IMG/VR virus record: IMGVR_UViG_2687453424_000001
DNA length: 64,000 nucleotides
Source of the DNA: a virus
Lineage: Duplodnaviria; Heunggongvirae; Uroviricota; Caudoviricetes
Direction: 5' to 3' (one strand)
Below the pieces are notes generated by a model. The model did no database searches. It was not told the origin of the DNA and was given only the letters and a program-made list of their open reading frames with translations. This document shows, piece after piece, positions 50,770-64,000 of the stretch. Within the stretch, counting starts at the first letter, position 1. Every line of letters starts with the position of its first letter. The translations under genes and the position numbers were made by a program.

Positions 50770-51090
50770 AATTACGTGATTAGTTTTTAGGTATTGCGTG
50801 ACTAACTTTAGATATTGCATAACTGACTTTGGGTATTGCGTGACTAGTTTTTGATATGACATTGCGTAATTAGTGTTTGACAAAGCATTACGAGACTAGT
50901 TGATAGACATTACGTGACTAGTTAATAAGGCGTTGCATGACTAGTTAGTAAGGCATTGTGTGACTAAGGCATTATTTAAAAATTAGTCACGTAATACCTA
51001 AAACTAATTACGTAATACCTAAAAATCAATCACGCAGTGATTAAATCACATAATGTCTAAAAATCGGTCTCGCAGTACTTAAAAATCAGT
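50770..51090. repeat. Compound array: about 9 direct copies of a 22-bp motif followed by about 5 copies in inverted orientation
   Basis: Direct copies gtattgcgtgactagttttt / gacattacgtgactagtt / ggcgttgcatgactagtt..., then aaaattagtcacgtaataccta / aaactaattacgtaatacc / aatcacgcagtgatt in reverse orientation. Coordinates approximate. Confidence 0.7.
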
Positions 51091-51909
51091 CTAATCAATT
51101 TCAACTCCTTAACTTTGGGCTTTTATGAATAAACTAATAAACTCAATAACCTAAAATACATATTTTTTTTTGCTAAGCCATGAAATTATGCATTTCATAA
51201 AAGATAAGTTACAAAACTCCATAATCCTCCAAAGCAAGACAAAATAAATCCCTATCATGAGGGCCTTGCTCACTCTCCTTATGCAAAAACAAAATATACT
51301 CATTTACAAAATATTTCTTGAACAATTTAAATTCAAAATTTTACAAAAAAAATCAAAATCCCTAGCAAGCATGCTTAACAATCATCTCAATATCAGACAC
51401 AACAAAACTGTAAACCACCATAAAACCCATCAAACATACTTTAGCTATTTCTTTTCCCTGAGCCCATCACCTTAACCAATCTAATCCAACTCATCAACAT
51501 AGGCATCTCCATTGCAGCACACGTTTCGAAGCAAGTCATCACCAGAAAGCATCCAATTACCAAATTCATTATGCTGCCTGCAATCACCATAGAAGAGCAA
51601 AATCGCTGTTCATCGTCATTGAAAACCCCAAGATTCATCATCTAAAAAAATAAAACAAAATAAGAAAGAGCTTGATGTCATCTTTGGATGGCGAGATAGA
51701 CAGTATTTGACCAGAAAGAGAAATCAAAATTTAATTTTAAAATTTTTGTTTGCATGGCGGGATAGAGAAAACTGAAATCATTTTAACTTGTCTAAAATTG
51801 TTTAAAAAGTATTGTTGTCAACTCATGTCAAAAATTGATTAAAAATAATTAAAATTATAAAAAATAATATTTTTGAATTGAGCTTAAAAAGAAAGTTATT
51901 TTTCACAAT

Positions 51910-52945
51910 TTTCTCTCTAAATATAAAATATTACTATTTAAAGTAGAGACTGATAATCCAATCTAATTGATTAATTTGTTTGTTCAATTATTCCCTTTTA
52001 AGAGTATGCATTGGAAATTAATAATTCGTCAGACAATATAAATTGGACAATTTATTTTTATTTTTTAGAATTTTTCGATAAATATCTCATCTTATACCAT
52101 ATGTACTGAGCGCAAGACTCGAAATTCAACTTATTGTATTCTTGCAGTGGGAGCTTGTAGCAAGCAAAGGAGTGAAACATTTTGCATTGCAAAGGGAAGT
52201 CCGATACTAAAACAAAGCTCTTGGAGTAAAAGTCCCATACCCTTCCATAGTCGTCCTTCACGCACCCCATCCCCAATGAATTTTGCAGACAAACAAAAAA
52301 GGAAACTCATACAACGTACGTGTACCACTATTTATAGTGTCATATATACTTTTTTAATTTTGTTAGGATACAACAGCTAATTAAAAGAGATGAATTTTAT
52401 GATTCACTTGAAAGATTTACTTGTCATTCTATAATGTTTTATCTTTTGGGTTTTTGTTATCTTTATGAATCGTAAGACTTAGACTCGATTTCTCTTGAAG
52501 ATCATTATATGTTAATTGGTTTTTGAAGTAATAACTCTATTAAATGTAAAGATGTAAACCTTTGAAAAATGATAATCTAACTAATTAGGGAAAGGATAGG
52601 AATTAAAAGAAAAGGAAAAAGAAAAGCACTGCACTGCTATTGTTTACTCTAGCTTCTACATGTTAATCAATTACAAGAACATGGCCAGACAGGACATATT
52701 TCTACATGTTACAAATTCAAAGCTCTCTCTTGTCAAAAGATGAGAGCATCGATTTTTTCTTTAATTTCTAATTAATATGAACATTAGTGAGTATTTTTGC
52801 TATTATTGTTTTACAATTTTTTCAACTCTCTTTTTTGACCTTTTAACATTTCTATATCAATATGGTGGACTGAAAATTGGATGACCACGTGGTTGTATGA
52901 TTGATTCTTGTTTCGTTTACTTATTAATGTGTATGATGAAAGTTG
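51910..52945. repeat. Copy 2 of the ~1 kb direct repeat (carries a roughly 39-bp insertion relative to copy 1)
   Basis: See copy 1. Confidence 0.85.
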
Positions 52946-55627
52946 AAATGACCCAAGGTTAATCAAATCAAAATGAAGTGATTTGCTTGGAAAACAAATT
53001 GCTAAATTTCTTCATGAATCATGATAGCAACCTAGCATGATTAATGTTGCCATTCAAACCATATATGGAATGGGACGACTTTCTCAGTCCAGAAAAAACG
53101 CAGTTTTCATACTAATTAGCTTTGAGTGTCCATTTGTGGAGCATGTTTTTCTGCAGCTGATCTTAATAGAGCCAAAGCCAAAGACACCAAGAAGGCCCTT
53201 GGTCCCCCAATGAACCAGGGCTCGGGGGAGGTCCAGTGTGGAAATGTGTTGGAATTGTGTGGAAGTGTGAACTCCTGGAAATACTTTTGTTCTTTTTTTT
53301 ATTATATATATATAGCCAATTATTTCGTTTCTGCTGCGACAATGTTTTCCAGGAGAACCATGTGTGCTTGTCACTGGCCCCTGTAAGAGTCTCTTTATGG
53401 CCCTTTGGAAAAGCATTGCCTCGTGATGTTGGACGAAGATAAAGAACTTTTTCTGAAAGGGAAATGGGGTGCAAAAAAGTCGTGAGTGCATGTGAACAAG
53501 TTATACAAGTAACCACTAACACTAATCTAGATCGATGACGATGAGTTAAGAATTATACAAGAGCATTTCAATCTTTTCGCCTTCTTAGTGCTTTTGAGTT
53601 TTGACCCTTTTCTCTCTTTTTTTTTGGTTGCTAAAAGTTGCTGTTGAGTATGCATGTTTATCTGAATTCCGCATTGAAAATCTTGGTATTTTGCTCCAAG
53701 GAATTCGTCTCAAGCCTCTTACAATTGAAGAGTTAAAGCAAACCAACCAAATCCCACTACACCTTATCCAAAATTTTTTACTGTGTAAACAATATGAGTT
53801 GCTTTCAATGATTGACCCGTAAACCATTGACGTATCTCGGGTGTTAGTAGGCAATAGCCCCTGAAACTTGACTGAAGATAAACTAATTATAATTTGTCGT
53901 GGTTGTAATTAAAGCAATGATAAAGAAATTCCAAGATGTGTAAATATTCATCTCATTGATTTTATATGATATTAGAACAGATGTTATCTCTATTCATTAT
54001 TTCTTTTACAAACTCTTTTTATAGTTTATATCATATGATAAATCCGTGTTACAAAATTAATTATGAACGAAGAAGCCTTGTTGGTTTCTATTGATCTCAT
54101 GCAGAATCCCGCTGGTTACTCAAAGTATTTCAAGTAGAAATTGATGCAAAAGGACCTTCATAGCCAGCAGCAAGGTGGCGACTGTGACTAATGGTATTTG
54201 TTTTGAAGAGAGAATTTCGGCAAGTCAGGACAGATTTGGCTCCTTCGATGTTGCTTGCAGTGCATGATAAAGACTTGAGAGGCACAACCTTTATATTCTT
54301 TTTGCGGCCTAACAAAAGACTTTGAAGCATCTATGCAAATTACGAACAAAGCGTGAGGAGGAAAGATCTGCGTTTGTTCTGCTTGTCTCAACAAACTCCC
54401 ATCCCTTTCCGCTTCTTTTGTACATTGGATTGCGCATGCCTCGAGACGACGTAATATCTTGGCTACAGTACAAGGAAGAAGATTCGAAGTGCTATTATTT
54501 TCTGCCCACATAGCTGGGTCAACATGTCAACGGTGAAAGCAGATCAGAAGAGAGAATCAAAGAAAAATGCTGGATGGCTTTGGCTTTTGGGTTTTACTGA
54601 TTTCAGAAGCATCATCTTCATCTAGCGATGCACCAATAATTGTCACATGTACAAAGTCATCAACATTCACAGCAAGGCAATCAAGTTTGAACCGAGAACT
54701 GATTGCAAGTTAGACCTTCCTTATGCCTGCCGTAGGCTAGAAAGATTCGGACAGAATTAACAGTTATATTTAACCTGCCGCTGAATCAACATTGAACCTG
54801 CCTACACACAAGAATCTACCTCTGTCGAAAACTCTATCGACGCTAACGGAACAGTGGGCAAAAATCCACCTTCCAAGCTAATCTTGGGTTAGATAGATAT
54901 GGTCAGAACTCTGAATAACGATCAAGCTTGCCCCAAGACCGACGCAAGAGTTAATCTTGGGCTGCAAAAACAGTCAGAATAATGATCAGCCAGCGCCCAT
55001 CACCAACACAAGAATTAAGCACTGTCGGCTGTCGCTGACTTTTCGAAACCTATGGTCCAGTGGACTACTAAACAGTCTATACTGAAGCTTTATTCGACAA
55101 TGGGCTGCAATCTGCCTTCCGAGCCGATCATGGACTGGAAAGGTGCGGCCAGAGCCTCCCAAGTGTGACGGCTGTAACGCAATTGGCAAGTGCTGAAATG
55201 ACCCTACAAAGTGCCAGACATGTCCAAGCATGCCGATGTAAACTTCTATTTGGAACCCCAAACGCAAGAGGCAAGAGACCATATTTTCTTTAGACAAGAA
55301 TATATTAAGCACTACACAATTCAATCCCATGCTGTCAACCAGAAACAATAATCAAAAAAGGTTGGTAGTGGTAAGAGAGAATCATACACGCCTAACTCTA
55401 TGGCCACAAGGTGTTTTCCACGATTAACATTAGCAGAGACAAACAAGATGAACTTGGCCCCTCCATAATTCCTTGTAAAACCACCAGGCAAAAAAGACCC
55501 CATTCAATGCAAAGAGCCCTCCTCCGCAAATAATCACAAGAGAAAGCAAAGTCCAAAGATATACAAGGAATGATTCGGTACTTTTTCTTGCAAGGATGAA
55601 CAAAACAAAGAACTGGTATGATGATGC

Positions 55628-60275
<4,648 letters not shown>

Positions 60276-63200
60276 NNNNNNNNNNNNNNNNNNNNNNNNN
60301 NNNNNNNNNNNNNNNNNNNNNNNNNNNNNNNNNNNNNNNNNNNNNNNNNNNNNNNNNNNNNNNNNNNNNNNNNNNNNNNNNNNNNNNNNNNNNNNNNNNN
60401 NNNNNNNNNNNNNNNNNNNNNNNNNNNNNNNNNNNNNNNNNNNNNNNNNNNNNNNNNNNNNNNNNNNNNNNNNNNNNNNNNNNNNNNNNNNNNNNNNNNN
60501 NNNNNNNNNNNNNNNNNNNNNNNNNNNNNNNNNNNNNNNNNNNNNNNNNNNNNNNNNNNNNNNNNNNNNNNNNNNNNNNNNNNNNNNNNNNNNNNNNNNN
60601 NNNNNNNNNNNNNNNNNNNNNNNNNNNNNNNNNNNNNNNNNNNNNNNNNNNNNNNNNNNNNNNNNNNNNNNNNNNNNNNNNNNNNNNNNNNNNNNNNNNN
60701 NNNNNNNNNNNNNNNNNNNNNNNNNNNNNNNNNNNNNNNNNNNNNNNNNNNNNNNNNNNNNNNNNNNNNNNNNNNNNNNNNNNNNNNNNNNNNNNNNNNN
60801 NNNNNNNNNNNNNNNNNNNNNNNNNNNNNNNNNNNNNNNNNNNNNNNNNNNNNNNNNNNNNNNNNNNNNNNNNNNNNNNNNNNNNNNNNNNNNNNNNNNN
60901 NNNNNNNNNNNNNNNNNNNNNNNNNNNNNNNNNNNNNNNNNNNNNNNNNNNNNNNNNNNNNNNNNNNNNNNNNNNNNNNNNNNNNNNNNNNNNNNNNNNN
61001 NNNNNNNNNNNNNNNNNNNNNNNNNNNNNNNNNNNNNNNNNNNNNNNNNNNNNNNNNNNNNNNNNNNNNNNNNNNNNNNNNNNNNNNNNNNNNNNNNNNN
61101 NNNNNNNNNNNNNNNNNNNNNNNNNNNNNNNNNNNNNNNNNNNNNNNNNNNNNNNNNNNNNNNNNNNNNNNNNNNNNNNNNNNNNNNNNNNNNNNNNNNN
61201 NNNNNNNNNNNNNNNNNNNNNNNNNNNNNNNNNNNNNNNNNNNNNNNNNNNNNNNNNNNNNNNNNNNNNNNNNNNNNNNNNNNNNNNNNNNNNNNNNNNN
61301 NNNNNNNNNNNNNNNNNNNNNNNNNNNNNNNNNNNNNNNNNNNNNNNNNNNNNNNNNNNNNNNNNNNNNNNNNNNNNNNNNNNNNNNNNNNNNNNNNNNN
61401 NNNNNNNNNNNNNNNNNNNNNNNNNNNNNNNNNNNNNNNNNNNNNNNNNNNNNNNNNNNNNNNNNNNNNNNNNNNNNNNNNNNNNNNNNNNNNNNNNNNN
61501 NNNNNNNNNNNNNNNNNNNNNNNNNNNNNNNNNNNNNNNNNNNNNNNNNNNNNNNNNNNNNNNNNNNNNNNNNNNNNNNNNNNNNNNNNNNNNNNNNNNN
61601 NNNNNNNNNNNNNNNNNNNNNNNNNNNNNNNNNNNNNNNNNNNNNNNNNNNNNNNNNNNNNNNNNNNNNNNNNNNNNNNNNNNNNNNNNNNNNNNNNNNN
61701 NNNNNNNNNNNNNNNNNNNNNNNNNNNNNNNNNNNNNNNNNNNNNNNNNNNNNNNNNNNNNNNNNNNNNNNNNNNNNNNNNNNNNNNNNNNNNNNNNNNN
61801 NNNNNNNNNNNNNNNNNNNNNNNNNNNNNNNNNNNNNNNNNNNNNNNNNNNNNNNNNNNNNNNNNNNNNNNNNNNNNNNNNNNNNNNNNNNNNNNNNNNN
61901 NNNNNNNNNNNNNNNNNNNNNNNNNNNNNNNNNNNNNNNNNNNNNNNNNNNNNNNNNNNNNNNNNNNNNNNNNNNNNNNNNNNNNNNNNNNNNNNNNNNN
62001 NNNNNNNNNNNNNNNNNNNNNNNNNNNNNNNNNNNNNNNNNNNNNNNNNNNNNNNNNNNNNNNNNNNNNNNNNNNNNNNNNNNNNNNNNNNNNNNNNNNN
62101 NNNNNNNNNNNNNNNNNNNNNNNNNNNNNNNNNNNNNNNNNNNNNNNNNNNNNNNNNNNNNNNNNNNNNNNNNNNNNNNNNNNNNNNNNNNNNNNNNNNN
62201 NNNNNNNNNNNNNNNNNNNNNNNNNNNNNNNNNNNNNNNNNNNNNNNNNNNNNNNNNNNNNNNNNNNNNNNNNNNNNNNNNNNNNNNNNNNNNNNNNNNN
62301 NNNNNNNNNNNNNNNNNNNNNNNNNNNNNNNNNNNNNNNNNNNNNNNNNNNNNNNNNNNNNNNNNNNNNNNNNNNNNNNNNNNNNNNNNNNNNNNNNNNN
62401 NNNNNNNNNNNNNNNNNNNNNNNNNNNNNNNNNNNNNNNNNNNNNNNNNNNNNNNNNNNNNNNNNNNNNNNNNNNNNNNNNNNNNNNNNNNNNNNNNNNN
62501 NNNNNNNNNNNNNNNNNNNNNNNNNNNNNNNNNNNNNNNNNNNNNNNNNNNNNNNNNNNNNNNNNNNNNNNNNNNNNNNNNNNNNNNNNNNNNNNNNNNN
62601 NNNNNNNNNNNNNNNNNNNNNNNNNNNNNNNNNNNNNNNNNNNNNNNNNNNNNNNNNNNNNNNNNNNNNNNNNNNNNNNNNNNNNNNNNNNNNNNNNNNN
62701 NNNNNNNNNNNNNNNNNNNNNNNNNNNNNNNNNNNNNNNNNNNNNNNNNNNNNNNNNNNNNNNNNNNNNNNNNNNNNNNNNNNNNNNNNNNNNNNNNNNN
62801 NNNNNNNNNNNNNNNNNNNNNNNNNNNNNNNNNNNNNNNNNNNNNNNNNNNNNNNNNNNNNNNNNNNNNNNNNNNNNNNNNNNNNNNNNNNNNNNNNNNN
62901 NNNNNNNNNNNNNNNNNNNNNNNNNNNNNNNNNNNNNNNNNNNNNNNNNNNNNNNNNNNNNNNNNNNNNNNNNNNNNNNNNNNNNNNNNNNNNNNNNNNN
63001 NNNNNNNNNNNNNNNNNNNNNNNNNNNNNNNNNNNNNNNNNNNNNNNNNNNNNNNNNNNNNNNNNNNNNNNNNNNNNNNNNNNNNNNNNNNNNNNNNNNN
63101 NNNNNNNNNNNNNNNNNNNNNNNNNNNNNNNNNNNNNNNNNNNNNNNNNNNNNNNNNNNNNNNNNNNNNNNNNNNNNNNNNNNNNNNNNNNNNNNNNNNN

Positions 63201-64000
63201 NNNNNNNNNNNNNNNNNNNNNNNNNNNNNNNNNNNNNNNNNNNNNNNNNNNNNNNNNNNNNNNNNNNNNNNNNNNNNNNNNNNNNNNNNNNNNNNNNNNN
63301 NNNNNNNNNNNNNNNNNNNNNNNNNNNNNNNNNNNNNNNNNNNNNNNNNNNNNNNNNNNNNNNNNNNNNNNNNNNNNNNNNNNNNNNNNNNNNNNNNNNN
63401 NNNNNNNNNNNNNNNNNNNNNNNNNNNNNNNNNNNNNNNNNNNNNNNNNNNNNNNNNNNNNNNNNNNNNNNNNNNNNNNNNNNNNNNNNNNNNNNNNNNN
63501 NNNNNNNNNNNNNNNNNNNNNNNNNNNNNNNNNNNNNNNNNNNNNNNNNNNNNNNNNNNNNNNNNNNNNNNNNNNNNNNNNNNNNNNNNNNNNNNNNNNN
63601 NNNNNNNNNNNNNNNNNNNNNNNNNNNNNNNNNNNNNNNNNNNNNNNNNNNNNNNNNNNNNNNNNNNNNNNNNNNNNNNNNNNNNNNNNNNNNNNNNNNN
63701 NNNNNNNNNNNNNNNNNNNNNNNNNNNNNNNNNNNNNNNNNNNNNNNNNNNNNNNNNNNNNNNNNNNNNNNNNNNNNNNNNNNNNNNNNNNNNNNNNNNN
63801 NNNNNNNNNNNNNNNNNNNNNNNNNNNNNNNNNNNNNNNNNNNNNNNNNNNNNNNNNNNNNNNNNNNNNNNNNNNNNNNNNNNNNNNNNNNNNNNNNNNN
63901 NNNNNNNNNNNNNNNNNNNNNNNNNNNNNNNNNNNNNNNNNNNNNNNNNNNNNNNNNNNNNNNNNNNNNNNNNNNNNNNNNNNNNNNNNNNNNNNNNNNN
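60276..64000. other. N-run, at least 3725 bp, reaching the window end
   Basis: Continuous n immediately 5' of CDPK codon 3. Confidence 0.99.

Larger units (their letters stand above)
43812..52945. mobile_element. Possible LTR-retrotransposon-like unit: ~1 kb direct repeats flanking about 7 kb (4.8 kb of it N); alternatively a local segmental duplication
   Basis: Two same-orientation repeats about 8.1 kb apart. Against an LTR call: I could not find clean TG...CA termini, a primer-binding site after copy 1 or a polypurine tract before copy 2, and the interior is mostly N. Confidence 0.3.

Noticed and set aside
53084-54513. Several 60-135 aa ORFs on both strands between the direct repeat and the CDPK 3' end
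   Set aside because: Mutually overlapping, low-complexity, no conserved motifs I recognise; the region most likely contains the CDPK 3' UTR and intergenic DNA. Cannot be excluded as a small unannotated gene without expression data.

Overview
This window is flowering-plant (eudicot-like) nuclear DNA, not a prokaryotic locus, and I do not see a novel multi-gene system in the readable sequence. The ORF track ignores introns and uses bacterial-style alternative starts, so I rebuilt spliced gene models by hand from exon-sized ORF fragments and GT..AG junctions; most exon ends are anchored to ORF-track coordinates and phase-checked, a few (noted) rest on my reading and may be off by a few bases. 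Seven protein-coding genes are supported: a partial rhodanese-like gene (-), symplekin (+, 27 exons), a class-B DnaJ/Hsp40 (+), an Alfin-like PHD-finger gene (+), a MYB-CC/GARP transcription factor (+), a JOX-type 2-oxoglutarate/Fe(II) dioxygenase (-) and a CPK13-type calcium-dependent protein kinase (-, start codon lost in an N-run). Five N-runs total about 20.7 kb (32% of the window), so nothing inside them can be assessed; all ORF-track entries made of X are artefacts of these runs. The most notable observations are structural: a long inverted repeat pair bracketing one N-run (transposon-like), a pair of ~1 kb direct repeats bracketing ~8 kb including another N-run (LTR-like or segmental duplication), a compound direct/inverted 22-bp repeat array, a duplicated 3' splice site in the dioxygenase gene, and G-rich/C-rich tracts in symplekin introns. 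Two gene adjacencies (symplekin-DnaJ, Alfin-dioxygenase) match Arabidopsis neighbourhoods as I recall them.
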